64,000 bases of DNA from Candidatus Levyibacteriota bacterium. GTDB taxonomy: Bacteria > Patescibacteriota > Microgenomatia > Levybacterales > UBA12049. This document shows, in pieces, positions 46,044-56,132 of the stretch; position 1 is the first letter of the stretch, and each line of letters opens with the position of its first letter. The DNA is taken from NCBI GenBank assembly GCA_043807135.1, contig JAZDGF010000001.1, forward strand, positions 68,573 to 132,572, given 5' to 3'. The notes below the pieces were generated by a model that saw only the letters and a program-made list of their open reading frames with translations, was not told where the DNA came from and searched no databases. Made by a program: the position numbers and the translations under genes.

Positions 46044-46178
46044 GTGGAAAAGCTTACAAAATTAAAAAAGAAAAAAAGAAAAAGAAAGCATGGATTTTTA
46101 TCTAAAATGTCCAGCCACTCAGGAAAGAAGCAAATTAAAAGAAGACGAGCCAAGGGTAAAAAACAGTTAACAGTTTAA
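46044..46178 (+). CDS. rpmH: 50S ribosomal protein L34 (bL34), GTG start; not in supplied ORF track
   Basis: Translation VEKLTKLKKKKRKRKHGFLSKMSSHSGKKQIKRRRAKGKKQLTV* matches the bL34 pattern (KRTxQPSxxKRKRxHGFRxRMxTxxGRxVLxRRRxKGRKxLTV). Ends 1 nt before rnpA, the conserved rpmH-rnpA arrangement. Start codon assignment (GTG 46044) is inferred. Confidence 0.7.
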   Translation: MEKLTKLKKKKRKRKHGFLSKMSSHSGKKQIKRRRAKGKKQLTV

Positions 46179-46179
46179 A

Positions 46180-46509
46180 ATGCTCAAAAAAGAGTATCGA
46201 CTTAAAGTACGAACAAAGTTTAAAAATTTTAAAACTGTTTCAACTCTCCTTTTCACACTCAAATATGAAAAAAATGAAAAGGAGGTTAGCAATTTTGGGG
46301 TAATTGTCTCAAAAAAGGTTGATTTAAAAGCAACTGTCAGAAACAGAATTAGAAGACAAATTACAAGTTGTCTTGAAAAAAACCTTGGGAAAATAAAACC
46401 AGGTTTTAATTTTTTGTTTATTGCAAAAAAAGAAGCAATTGATAAAAAAACAGAGGAAATTAACAAGATGATAATAGCTATAATAAAGGAAGAAGAATTA
46501 ATTAAATGA
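46180..46509 (+). CDS. rnpA: RNase P protein component
   Basis: RLKVRTKFKNF...GVIVSKKV.LKATVRNRIRRQI matches the RnpA signature; conserved position after rpmH. Confidence 0.85.
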   Translation: MLKKEYRLKVRTKFKNFKTVSTLLFTLKYEKNEKEVSNFGVIVSKKVDLKATVRNRIRRQITSCLEKNLGKIKPGFNFLFIAKKEAIDKKTEEINKMIIAIIKEEELIK

Positions 46510-46718
46510 AAATATCAATTTTATTTTTAATTACTGCTTATCAGGAAATATTTTCAGCAAGCTTAAAATCTCTACTTGGTGTTGGCTCGTTTTGTAGGTA
46601 TTCCACAACCTGCTCCACGTATTCAAAACAAGCAGTACAAACTCATGGAGTTATTAAAGGGCTTGGATTATCCATTAAAAGAATAATGAAATGTCAACCA
46701 TTTAACAAAAATATATGA
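46506..46718 (+). CDS. yidD: membrane protein insertion efficiency factor YidD
   Basis: CRYSTTCSTYSKQAV..HG..KGL.L...RIMKCQPF matches the YidD motif (C.F.PSCS.Y...RC.P). Confidence 0.85.
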   Translation: MKISILFLITAYQEIFSASLKSLLGVGSFCRYSTTCSTYSKQAVQTHGVIKGLGLSIKRIMKCQPFNKNI

Positions 46719-47545
46719 CTGATCCCGGATTATATAATCAAATATTAATTTGGCCAATTACAAATATCATGCTGATTCTATATCAGATGTTTTATTTCCT
46801 TCATCTTCCTTACGCATTAGGATTTGCAATTATTGCAATGACTGTAATAATTAGAATTATTCTTTATCCTTTAACTAATGCGCAACTTAAAACTTCAAAA
46901 AGAATGCAAGACCTAGCGCCGCACATTGCAAAACTAAAGGAAGCCCATAAAAATGACTCTAAAAGATTACAAACAGAAACTATGCGGCTTTATAAAGAAC
47001 ATGGAGTTAATCCTGCTGCTGGATGTTTGCCTGTGCTAGTTCAATTCCCCTTTATAATTGCTCTTTATCAATCTATTTTTACCTTGTTTAATCAAGATTT
47101 TGGGTTAACAAGCATTAATAAAATTCTTTATTCTTTTGTGCCTCCTCTTGACAAAATGCCGGATCTTAATTTTTTTGGTTATAACTTAGCACATAAACCG
47201 AATGAATTTAGTCAATACGGACCACTGTTGTTTTTAATTCCGATAATTACGGTTATTCTTTCATTTATTCAATCAAAAATGATGCCATTCCCAGTTAAAA
47301 AGTATAGTTCTGATTCTTCTAAAGAAAAAAAAGAAAAACAAAAATCTTCGGATTTTGCAAGCACGATGCAAACCCAAATGATCTACATGATGCCTTTAAT
47401 GATTGGATTTTTTTCATGGCAATTTCCAGTAGGGGTATCTTTATACTGGAATACTTTTACAGTTTTTGGTATCATACAGCAATATAAAATTTCTGGGCTA
47501 GGAAGTTTGGAAGGAATTGTAAATAAGATATATGTCAAAAAATAA
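46715..47545 (+). CDS. yidC: membrane protein insertase YidC (short Gram-positive/CPR-type)
   Basis: IIRIILYPLTNAQLKTSKRMQDLAPHIAKLKEAH...GVNPAAGCLPVLVQFPFIIALYQ; 5 TM core of the YidC/Oxa1 family. Confidence 0.88.
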   Translation: MTDPGLYNQILIWPITNIMLILYQMFYFLHLPYALGFAIIAMTVIIRIILYPLTNAQLKTSKRMQDLAPHIAKLKEAHKNDSKRLQTETMRLYKEHGVNPAAGCLPVLVQFPFIIALYQSIFTLFNQDFGLTSINKILYSFVPPLDKMPDLNFFGYNLAHKPNEFSQYGPLLFLIPIITVILSFIQSKMMPFPVKKYSSDSSKEKKEKQKSSDFASTMQTQMIYMMPLMIGFFSWQFPVGVSLYWNTFTVFGIIQQYKISGLGSLEGIVNKIYVKK

Positions 47546-47981
47546 AAAGCTTGAAAAAGAAGTTAAAGATTTTTTCAAAAATATTGGGGTTGACGGAAAG
47601 CTTAAAATTTCTGAAGATGATGATATCATTGAAATAGATTTAGAAACAGAAGATAGTGGAATTGTTATCGGGCATCATGGCGACACACTTGAATCGTTGC
47701 AGCTTATCTTAGCATTAGTTCTTCAAAAAAAACTCGGAGAATTTAAAAGAGTTTCTATAGAGATTGGAGATTACAAAAAGAATAGATCTGATTGGTTGAC
47801 AAATTTGGCAAATGAAACAAAGGAAAGAGTGCTTTCAGAAGACAGAGAAGTTCATCTTTACGATTTAAAATCATGGGAAAGAAGAGTTGTTCACTTAATT
47901 TTACAAAATGATAAGGAAGTTGTTTCCGAATCAACAGGTGAAGGTAAAGATAGGGTCTTGGTTGTCAAGCCAAAAGAATAA
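47532..47981 (+). CDS. jag: Jag/KhpB RNA-binding protein (KH + R3H)
   Basis: KH-like IVIGHHGDTLESLQLIL and R3H-like ERRVVHLILQNDKEVVSESTGEG.RVLVVKP; conserved position after yidC. Confidence 0.8.
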   Translation: MSKNKKLEKEVKDFFKNIGVDGKLKISEDDDIIEIDLETEDSGIVIGHHGDTLESLQLILALVLQKKLGEFKRVSIEIGDYKKNRSDWLTNLANETKERVLSEDREVHLYDLKSWERRVVHLILQNDKEVVSESTGEGKDRVLVVKPKE

Positions 47982-49212
47982 CCCTTCCCTTCTTTTCTTT
48001 TATCTTCTTATTCTATTTTTACCAATACAGTTTGGAAAACATTTTTGGCCAAGCTCCTCTTTTGTTTATGGGATTAGAGTAGATTACCTCTCCCCCACAC
48101 TTTATCTGACAGATATTTTAATTTTGCTTATATTAGGAACATATTTTTTTAAAAAAATAAATTTAAAAAAACTTATAACCAAGAAAGTAATTTTAGTAAT
48201 TGCAATATTTATTTTACTTACTACATCAGCCCTTTTTGCAAAAAATCAATTATCAGCTTTTTACGGAATTATTAAATTCTTAGAGTTTTTGCTTCTTGCA
48301 ATATTTATTTCAAGAAAATTAAAAAACCTAGCCCCAATTTACTTATTAATGTCTTTTTCCGTAATTTATGAAAGCGTAATTGCGACTGCTCAATTTATAA
48401 ATCAGGGATCTTTGGGTGGATTGTTTTACTTTCTTGGGGAAAGAACTTTTAACGGACAAACTCCTGGAATTGCAAACGCGTCCCTGGGAGGGGAATTAGT
48501 GCTTAGGGCATATGGTACTTTTCCTCACCCAAATGTGCTTGCGGGATTTTTAGTTGTTTTTATGGCAGTAATTTTAACAAGCATGACTAAAGAGAAAGGG
48601 GCAAGACTATTTTATTATTGGACTGCCTTAGTTGTTGGAACTCTTGCTCTTTTTTTAACCTTAAGTAGAACTTCAATTATAGTCTGGGTATTTGCAATGA
48701 TTTTTATATTACTGTTAAAAAAAGGATTTGGCAAAAAAACTAATTTAGCGTTGATATTAACAATTATATTAATTCTTTCGTTTTTTCTTCTGTCTCCTCT
48801 TTTATTAAGATTTACACACATCACCTTTGAAGATCCGTCTATTTATGACCGAAGAATTCTATTTGACGCGGGAGTTGCAATGTTTTTTAAAAATCCTGTT
48901 TTAGGAGTTGGGTTCAATAATTTCTTGGTTAATTTGCCAGTATTTATTAAAAACATAAGTCTTCATTTTCTCCAGCCGGTACATAATATATATTTGCTAA
49001 TTCTTGTTGAAACGGGAATCTTTGGATTTTTAGCATTTCTATCATTACTTTTTTTGACCTTTAGAAAAATCGGTAAAAAATCTGTATTTTTTCCAGCTTT
49101 TTTAATAATCATTTTCATAGGATTATTTGATCATTATTTCCTAACGCTTCAGCAAGGTCAGATTCTTTTTGCTATTACGTTTGGTTTCTGCTGGGCAAAG
49201 AGTTTTAAGTAG
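47908..49212 (+). CDS. O-antigen ligase / Wzy_C-family membrane protein
   Basis: ~10 TM helices with Wzy_C-like loop motif (LSRTSIIVWVFA...; PVHNIYLLILVETGIFGF). ATG 47908 overlaps jag by 74 nt; the true start may be an in-frame GTG 47938 or TTG 47962. Confidence 0.65.
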   Translation: MIRKLFPNQQVKVKIGSWLSSQKNNPSLLFFYLLILFLPIQFGKHFWPSSSFVYGIRVDYLSPTLYLTDILILLILGTYFFKKINLKKLITKKVILVIAIFILLTTSALFAKNQLSAFYGIIKFLEFLLLAIFISRKLKNLAPIYLLMSFSVIYESVIATAQFINQGSLGGLFYFLGERTFNGQTPGIANASLGGELVLRAYGTFPHPNVLAGFLVVFMAVILTSMTKEKGARLFYYWTALVVGTLALFLTLSRTSIIVWVFAMIFILLLKKGFGKKTNLALILTIILILSFFLLSPLLLRFTHITFEDPSIYDRRILFDAGVAMFFKNPVLGVGFNNFLVNLPVFIKNISLHFLQPVHNIYLLILVETGIFGFLAFLSLLFLTFRKIGKKSVFFPAFLIIIFIGLFDHYFLTLQQGQILFAITFGFCWAKSFK

Positions 49213-49226
49213 TATAAAATAAAAAA

Positions 49227-50465
49227 ATGCATAAACTTATTGCTGCAAATACCTTTTTTCAAGTTTTAGGAAAGATAGCAACCTCTGGAACTGGTTTTTT
49301 AATAACAATACTTCTGGCAAGAGAATATGGCGTTTTAGGATACGGTGATTTTGTAAAAATTACAACCTTTGTTGGATTTTTCTACTTACTTTTAGATCTT
49401 GGATTAAATGCAATATTCTTGCAAGAAAAAGACACAAAAAACTATAAATATCTTTTTACCTTAAGGATTATTATTGCCTTTTTAGTATTAGTTCTTTCAA
49501 ATCTTATTGCACTTTTTCTTCCATTTAATAAAGAGCTTGATATAGGATTTTCAAATATTGCAAAACTAGGAATCTTTATTTTCTCTTTTAGTTATTTTAA
49601 TCAGGCAGTAATTTTATCAACAAGCGCAATTTTTCAAAAAAAATTAAATTATTATTCATATTTAAAAGCAATAGCCATTGGTTCTTTCGTAAACCTATTT
49701 TTAGTTTACCTTTTTGTCTTAAATAAAGCTCCACTTCTCTATGTTTTATTTGCATTTCTAATTAGTGGAGCATTTGCGTCATTTATCTCAGTAATTTTAG
49801 CGCGTCAAAAAAGCTTATTTGCTTTTAATTATAAATATACGAGAAAAATAATTATTGCAGCTTTCCCTCTTTCCGTAATGCTTATTTTTAACTTGCTTTA
49901 TTTTAGAGCAGATACATTTTTACTCTCAATATTAAAATCTACAAAAGACGTTGGGGTATATGGGTTGTCTTATCGTTTTTTTGAGTTTTTAATTGCTCTC
50001 CCTTTATTTTTATCAAACGCATTATACCCATTTCTTTTGAGAGACAAAAAAAATTCACGAAAATTCTTTATTGTTATAAAACAATACCTTTTCATATTTA
50101 CAATTGCGGGGATATTATTAGTTATACCCTTTTGGTTTATATCTCCTCTTTTTACCTTAATAAAAAATGATTTTGTTTTAGCTATTCTTCCTTTTAGGAT
50201 CTTGCTTTTTTCCCTCCCTTTATTTTTTGTGACAAGTCTTTTGCAATGGGCTCTTATTGCACTTGGAAAACAAAAGTTCTTAATGAAAGCATATCTTTTT
50301 GCTGCGATAATAAACATTGTGCTTAATTTAATATTTATTCCAAAAGCCTCCTACATAGCATCTGCTATAATAACTGGGGTTTCAGAATTTGCAGTAATGT
50401 CGATTTTGTTTATTAAGCTGTTTAATCTTAAAATTTTATCAGAAAGGGATTGTGAAAGTAAGTAA
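49227..50465 (+). CDS. polysaccharide biosynthesis flippase (MOP/Wzx-like)
   Basis: 412 aa, 12-14 TM helices, Wzx/MurJ-like topology; adjacent to Wzy_C gene. Confidence 0.6.
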   Translation: MHKLIAANTFFQVLGKIATSGTGFLITILLAREYGVLGYGDFVKITTFVGFFYLLLDLGLNAIFLQEKDTKNYKYLFTLRIIIAFLVLVLSNLIALFLPFNKELDIGFSNIAKLGIFIFSFSYFNQAVILSTSAIFQKKLNYYSYLKAIAIGSFVNLFLVYLFVLNKAPLLYVLFAFLISGAFASFISVILARQKSLFAFNYKYTRKIIIAAFPLSVMLIFNLLYFRADTFLLSILKSTKDVGVYGLSYRFFEFLIALPLFLSNALYPFLLRDKKNSRKFFIVIKQYLFIFTIAGILLVIPFWFISPLFTLIKNDFVLAILPFRILLFSLPLFFVTSLLQWALIALGKQKFLMKAYLFAAIINIVLNLIFIPKASYIASAIITGVSEFAVMSILFIKLFNLKILSERDCESK

Positions 50466-50880
50466 GATAAGTATTTTTGCAGACGGAGGAGCTAGGGGAA
50501 ATCCAGGACCTAGCGCAATTGGTTTTTACATAGAGGGGAGTAGTGGAGAGGAAATAATATCTATTGGAAAAAAAATTGGAATTGCAACAAACAATGTTGC
50601 AGAGTACACGGCGATTTTAGAAGCGTTAGATTGGATTTGTCAAAATAAAGAAAAAATAGAAAATAATGCAAAACTTGATTTTTATCTTGATTCTCAACTT
50701 GCGTCTTCTCAGCTTTCAGGTCTATACAAAGTAAAGAATTCAAAACTTCGGGAATTGATATTTTCCATAAGACAAAAAGAAGCAGAACTTGGAATAGATG
50801 TTTCATACAATCATATTCCTCGGGAAAAAAATGAAAAAGCAGACAAACTGGTAAACCTTGCTCTGGACAACCTGCTCTAA
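50452..50880 (+). CDS. rnhA: RNase H (type 1-like)
   Basis: IFADGGARGNPGPSAIGF (DGG/S..NPG motif), EYTAILEALDW, D..YLDSQL, NHIPREKNEKADKLVNLA: catalytic DEDD arrangement of the RNase HI family. Confidence 0.8.
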   Translation: MKVSKISIFADGGARGNPGPSAIGFYIEGSSGEEIISIGKKIGIATNNVAEYTAILEALDWICQNKEKIENNAKLDFYLDSQLASSQLSGLYKVKNSKLRELIFSIRQKEAELGIDVSYNHIPREKNEKADKLVNLALDNLL

Positions 50881-50901
50881 TCTCGTTTAAAATAGGCTTA
50901 C

Positions 50902-53571
50902 ATGAAACCTGCCCTTGTAACAGAAGAAAAAGAAGAATCTCCAATCTTAATAGTTGATAAAGTTGGTTTAATTGGGAAAAAACTTTCTGAGCACTTAGAA
51001 AAAGGAACATTAGTAGTTTTTGTAAGCAAAGAAGAGCCAACTCTTTCCAAAAATACTGTACATGTCCCTTTTGCTGAAAAGTTCCCCAAGATCCCGGATA
51101 ATAATTATTCTCACATTATCGTAATTGATGATAATGATAAAGCGACCAGAGAAGCACTTCCTTCGTTTATAAAAAAAGCAGAAGCTGATAAGTCGATATT
51201 TTTATTTGCAGTATCTCTTTCGGATATGGATGAAAAAACAATAAGTTACATTCTTGACTCTTATTCACAAGCAAGAGTTGTAATATACGGTGAAATTTTT
51301 TGCAAAGAACCTTTTTTCAATACGGCTATAAGCAAATTAATTTATCAAGCAGAACACATGGGCAGGATAGAGGTTCCGGGAGACGGAATGAAAAATATTT
51401 ACCCTGTTTTATATGAAGATGTTATTTTAGGAATATTAGAAGCACTTTTTGGAACAGATAAAGAAAGTAAAACTTATTACCTTCTTTCTAAAAAACCACT
51501 TACACTCTTAACTTTTGCACATCTTGTTCAAAGAGTAGTCCCAGGCGTAGGAATAGATTTTGTGAAAAAAGAAAAAGAAACAACTGAAATAAAACCTAAA
51601 AAAGGCAAGTACATTTTTGGCGAGAATTATGATATTGAGCAAAGAATAAAAAATCTTGAACTGGAAGAGTGGCCTGAAAGTAACTTAAAAGAAAATAAAG
51701 CTAAACCTGAAGTATTTAAAGCAAAGAATAAAAAATCTCGCATTTTATTTTCTCTTTTATTTTCTCTTTTATTCCTCTTATTACTTCCACTCTTGTCAAC
51801 TCTTATGTTTTCATTGCTAGGGGCACAATCTTTAGATATTGCAAAGAAAAACATAGAAAAAGGAGACTCAAAAAATGCCATAGTTGCAGCTGAGTCAGCC
51901 AGTATGCTTTTTAAGTATGCATCTAAAACAATGGTTCCATTAACAATGGAGTTAAAACTAATAGGTCAACAAGTACATGCCGAAAACTTTTTACTACAGA
52001 TAAAAAAAGGGGAAGGAGTGTCGCAAACTGCAGCCTCTCTTGCAAAAGCAGCAAGTTCATTCAAAGACGTGTATTACGGAAGCTCAAAAGAACAGGGTAA
52101 GGATTTTAATGAAGCAATAAGCAATTTACGAGAATCAATTATTTTTGTACAAAAAGAAAAAGCTAAAGGCGATGATTTTCTCGGTGTCTTAAAAAATAGT
52201 AGTTCGATGATTAGCTTTGCTTCAGCAACAATTGACATATGGCCTGAAATTATGGGAATTAATGGAAAAAAAGTTTATCTTATGCTTTTTCAAAATAATA
52301 TGGAATTAAGACCAGGAGGGGGATTTATAGGATCATACGGACTTGTTACAATAGACAAAGGAAGAGTTGTTGATTTTGTAATACATGATGTATACGATGC
52401 AGATGGACAACTAAAAGCTAAAATTGAGCCCCCTCTGGCTATAAGAAGATATCTTAAAAACAATAGCTTGTTTTTAAGAGACAGTAATTTTAGTCCAGAC
52501 TTTACTGAGAATGCTGCTAGGGCTGCATATTTCTTAAATCTTGAAACTGATCAAAAAGTAAACGGAGTTATAGGGGTTGATTTGTTTTTTGTTAAGAGCC
52601 TACTTGAAAACATAGGCCCTGTGGAAGTACCTGAATATAATGAAAAAGTTGATGCAAAGAATTTTTTCTATTTAACAGAATCACACGTAGAAAAAGATTT
52701 CTTCCCTGGATCTACTCAGAAAAAAGACTTTTTAAGATCTTTATTTAATGCAATTGAAAAATCAATTAGCAATAAGAAACAAATTTCATATTTAAATTTA
52801 AGTAAGTCAATTTTTGAATCTCTTGATCAAAAACACTTACTTTTGGTATTTGATCAACCAGAAGTTCAAAACATTTTTACAATTAATAACTGGTCTTCAT
52901 CTTTATGGGACGGGAGAAATGAAGGACCATCTATGATAAACGATTTCCTCGGTATAAGTGAAGCAAATATTGGAGGAAATAAGGCAAACTATTTTGTTAA
53001 AAAAAATGTTTCCTACAATGTTTCAATAAAAAAAGATGGAGAGATTGTTTCAGAACTTGAGATAATATATAAGAATACAAGCGACGGATCATGGCCGGGA
53101 GGGGATTACAAGAATTATCTAACTATTATTGTTCCAAAAGATTCTAAACTAGACAGTATTCAAATTGACGATAAAGAGCAAACTTTAGTAGATGCAGTAA
53201 CAGAGCCTTTACTTTATGAAGCAACTCATTTTATTCCACCAAAAGGGTTAGAAATCGAAGAGACTGAGGAAAAAGGAAAAACAAAATACGGTTTTTTTGT
53301 AAATATTCCCAAAGGAGAACTTAAAAAAATAAAAATAAGCTATATAAATCCAAAACAGATGTCTTTTGTTTGGCCTGACTTTATTTATAGTCTCAGGCTT
53401 TACAAACAGCCTGGAGAAGATAATAATCCGTACACATTTTCACTTAAATACCCGGAAGAGTTTGAAGTGGTCGATGAGTCTAGTGAATTTTCCAAAGGAA
53501 GTACAGGGATAAGCAGCTCATTTAAATTAGAAAAAGATTTAGACTATTTTGTAAAGCTTGGAAAAAAATAG
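50902..53571 (+). CDS. DUF4012-domain protein (cell-envelope associated), 889 aa
   Basis: N-terminal Rossmann-like region, TM (ILFSLLFSLLFLLLLPLLSTLMF), then a large extracytoplasmic domain with the DUF4012-like conserved core LMLFQNNMELRPGGGFIGSYGLVTIDKGRVVDFVIHDVYDADGQL. Confidence 0.55.
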   Translation: MKPALVTEEKEESPILIVDKVGLIGKKLSEHLEKGTLVVFVSKEEPTLSKNTVHVPFAEKFPKIPDNNYSHIIVIDDNDKATREALPSFIKKAEADKSIFLFAVSLSDMDEKTISYILDSYSQARVVIYGEIFCKEPFFNTAISKLIYQAEHMGRIEVPGDGMKNIYPVLYEDVILGILEALFGTDKESKTYYLLSKKPLTLLTFAHLVQRVVPGVGIDFVKKEKETTEIKPKKGKYIFGENYDIEQRIKNLELEEWPESNLKENKAKPEVFKAKNKKSRILFSLLFSLLFLLLLPLLSTLMFSLLGAQSLDIAKKNIEKGDSKNAIVAAESASMLFKYASKTMVPLTMELKLIGQQVHAENFLLQIKKGEGVSQTAASLAKAASSFKDVYYGSSKEQGKDFNEAISNLRESIIFVQKEKAKGDDFLGVLKNSSSMISFASATIDIWPEIMGINGKKVYLMLFQNNMELRPGGGFIGSYGLVTIDKGRVVDFVIHDVYDADGQLKAKIEPPLAIRRYLKNNSLFLRDSNFSPDFTENAARAAYFLNLETDQKVNGVIGVDLFFVKSLLENIGPVEVPEYNEKVDAKNFFYLTESHVEKDFFPGSTQKKDFLRSLFNAIEKSISNKKQISYLNLSKSIFESLDQKHLLLVFDQPEVQNIFTINNWSSSLWDGRNEGPSMINDFLGISEANIGGNKANYFVKKNVSYNVSIKKDGEIVSELEIIYKNTSDGSWPGGDYKNYLTIIVPKDSKLDSIQIDDKEQTLVDAVTEPLLYEATHFIPPKGLEIEETEEKGKTKYGFFVNIPKGELKKIKISYINPKQMSFVWPDFIYSLRLYKQPGEDNNPYTFSLKYPEEFEVVDESSEFSKGSTGISSSFKLEKDLDYFVKLGKK

Positions 53572-53604
53572 CTCTGCATTTAAAATATGCTAGAATAGCA
53601 ATCT

Positions 53605-55725
53605 ATGGATAAGATTTATAACAACAAACAAGTTGAAGAAAAAATATATAAAGAATGGGAAAAGGAAGGATTTTTTAAACCTGAAATAAATCCAAAAGGA
53701 GAGCCATACTGCATTATTCTTCCCCCTCCAAACGCAAATGGAAATCTTCATTTTGGCCATGCAATGATGTCTCTTGAAGATATCTTAATTAGATATCAGC
53801 GCATGAAGGGAAAATCTGCATTATTCTTGCCCGGAGCAGATCATGCTGGGTTTGAAACGCAATTTGTTTTTGAAAAAAAGCTTCAATCAGAGGGAAAAAC
53901 TCGCTTTGATTTGAAAAGAGACGAGCTGTACCAGATGATTTGGGATTATGTTGCAGAAAATAAGAAAAACATGGAAAACCAGCTTAAAAAATTAGGGTTT
54001 TCTTTGGATTGGACTAGAGAAAAATTCTCACTAGATAAAGATGTTATTAATTTAGTTAATAAAACATTCAAGAGACTAGCAGATGATGGGTTAATCTATA
54101 GAGGTGATCGTTTGGTTAATTATTGTACTTTTGATGGAACAAGTTTTTCAGACCTAGAGGTTATATATGAAGAAAGAAAAAATCCTCTTTACTACATTAA
54201 GTATGGACCTTTAATTTTAGCAACAACCAGGCCAGAGACAAAATTTGGAGATACAGCAGTAGCAGTTAATCCAAATGACAAGAGATATAAAAAGTATATC
54301 GGCAAAGAGGTTGATATACAAACTGTAATAGGAAAAGCAAAAATTAAAGTTGTTGCAGACAAAATGGTCGATCAAGAATTTGGAACAGGTGTTGTAAAAA
54401 TTACCCCAGCTCATGATTTTGATGATTTTGAAGTTGCCAAAAAACATAAACTCCCCATGGTTCAGGTCATAAATCATGATGGAAAAATGAATGAAAAAGC
54501 AGGTAAATTTAAAGGATTATATGTAAAACAAGCTAGAAAAGCAGTTGTTGAAGAAATGCAAAAGAAAGGCTTAATAGAAAAAATAGATGAAAACTATGTT
54601 CACAGAATTGGCCTTTGTTATAAATGTAAGCATCCAATAGAGCCGCTTCCTCTTAAGCAGTGGTATATAAAAGTAGAAGATTTAGCAAAAAATGCAATAA
54701 AAGTTGTTAAAGAGGAAAAAATTAAGTTTTATCCAAAAGGTTTTGAAAAACGTTATTTCCAATGGCTTGAGAACTTAAATGATTGGAATATATCACGTCA
54801 AGTTGTATGGGGGATTAGAATTCCTGCATGGCAATGCAAGAAATGCAGCGAGTGGATAATAACAAGCGGGGAAGAACCTAAAAAATGTAAATGTGGAGGG
54901 GATAAGCTTGTTCAAGACAAAGACACTTTTGATACTTGGTTTTCTTCAGGACAGTGGCCGATTATAACACTAAAGACAGGTAAAAGTGAAGATTTTAATA
55001 AATTTTATCCAACATCTGTTATGGAAACAGGTTATGATATCTTGTCTGCTTGGGTATCAAGGATGGTTATGCTAGGAGTTTATCTTGAAAAAGAAGCCCC
55101 TTTTAAAAATGTTGTTTTACACGGTTTAGTAAAAGATCCGTATGGTAAGAAAATGAGCAAAAGTAAAGGTAACGTTGTTAACCCCTTGGAAATTGTTGAT
55201 CAATACGGAGCTGATGCAGTTCGTTTTGCCTTAGTATATGGTACAGCTTTAGGAAATGATCAGTCTCTTTCATATCCAAAACTTCAGGCAATGCGTAATT
55301 TTACAAATAAGCTTTGGAATATGGCACGTTTCATTGAAATGAGTGAGCCTAAAAATATAAGTAAAAAAGTAAAAGAGCAAGGCTTTAAAGACTTAGAAAA
55401 AATAACTATTAATAAAAAAGATAGAGAAATGATTTTAAATACTAAAAAACTGGCAAAAGATATCACAAGATTATTAGATAAATACGATTTTAACCATGCA
55501 GCACAAAATTTGTATGATTTCACTTGGCACGAATTTGCAGATAAATACATAGAAGACGTTAAAGATAGAATAGGTGAAAAGTCATATTTAGTGTTAAGGT
55601 CATCATTCTTAATCCTACTTAAACTGCTTCATCCATTTATGCCTTTTATTACAGAGGAAATTAATAAAAGACTATACGGTAAAGATAATTACTTAATTAT
55701 TTCTACGTGGCCAATTTATGAGTAA
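53605..55725 (+). CDS. valS: valyl-tRNA synthetase (short form)
   Basis: HIGH region PPPNANGNLHFGHA, ..GADHAGFETQ (ValRS-like), KMSKS at KMSKSKGNVV. 706 aa, so it lacks the long C-terminal coiled-coil extension. Confidence 0.8.
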   Translation: MDKIYNNKQVEEKIYKEWEKEGFFKPEINPKGEPYCIILPPPNANGNLHFGHAMMSLEDILIRYQRMKGKSALFLPGADHAGFETQFVFEKKLQSEGKTRFDLKRDELYQMIWDYVAENKKNMENQLKKLGFSLDWTREKFSLDKDVINLVNKTFKRLADDGLIYRGDRLVNYCTFDGTSFSDLEVIYEERKNPLYYIKYGPLILATTRPETKFGDTAVAVNPNDKRYKKYIGKEVDIQTVIGKAKIKVVADKMVDQEFGTGVVKITPAHDFDDFEVAKKHKLPMVQVINHDGKMNEKAGKFKGLYVKQARKAVVEEMQKKGLIEKIDENYVHRIGLCYKCKHPIEPLPLKQWYIKVEDLAKNAIKVVKEEKIKFYPKGFEKRYFQWLENLNDWNISRQVVWGIRIPAWQCKKCSEWIITSGEEPKKCKCGGDKLVQDKDTFDTWFSSGQWPIITLKTGKSEDFNKFYPTSVMETGYDILSAWVSRMVMLGVYLEKEAPFKNVVLHGLVKDPYGKKMSKSKGNVVNPLEIVDQYGADAVRFALVYGTALGNDQSLSYPKLQAMRNFTNKLWNMARFIEMSEPKNISKKVKEQGFKDLEKITINKKDREMILNTKKLAKDITRLLDKYDFNHAAQNLYDFTWHEFADKYIEDVKDRIGEKSYLVLRSSFLILLKLLHPFMPFITEEINKRLYGKDNYLIISTWPIYE

Positions 55726-56131
55726 GCAAAGTTTGAAAAAACGTAAGCCTAGATTCCCGAGGATTTCCCGATTTATTACCGAAAAGTCAGGTTTTTTACT
55801 AAATAACAAATACTCAAGAGTTGTAATCTATAGCCTTATCTATATTTCATTAATTTCAATAACAGTTTATCTTGGCCTTAATTTTTACAATAATTATAAT
55901 ACCCAAAAAGAATTGAGCTTAGAAAGAGAAAAAGTATCAGTTCAGATAAAAGTCTGGCAAGGGGTAATTGATAAGTATCCAAATTTCAAAGACGCTTACC
56001 TTCAGCTTGCAGTACTTGAATATAGAGTGGGAAATATTAATAAATCTAGAGTTTATGTTAAAAAGGCTTTGGTTTTAGATCCTGAATACTCTGATGCAAT
56101 TGAACTTGATAAAAAATTAAGAGGAAATTAG
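55718..56131 (+). CDS. TPR-like membrane-anchored hypothetical protein
   Basis: N-terminal TM (VVIYSLIYISLISITVYLGL) followed by a TPR-like helical region (AYLQLAVLEYRVGNINKSRVYVKKALVLDPEY). Confidence 0.45.
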   Translation: MSKQSLKKRKPRFPRISRFITEKSGFLLNNKYSRVVIYSLIYISLISITVYLGLNFYNNYNTQKELSLEREKVSVQIKVWQGVIDKYPNFKDAYLQLAVLEYRVGNINKSRVYVKKALVLDPEYSDAIELDKKLRGN

Positions 56132-56132
56132 T

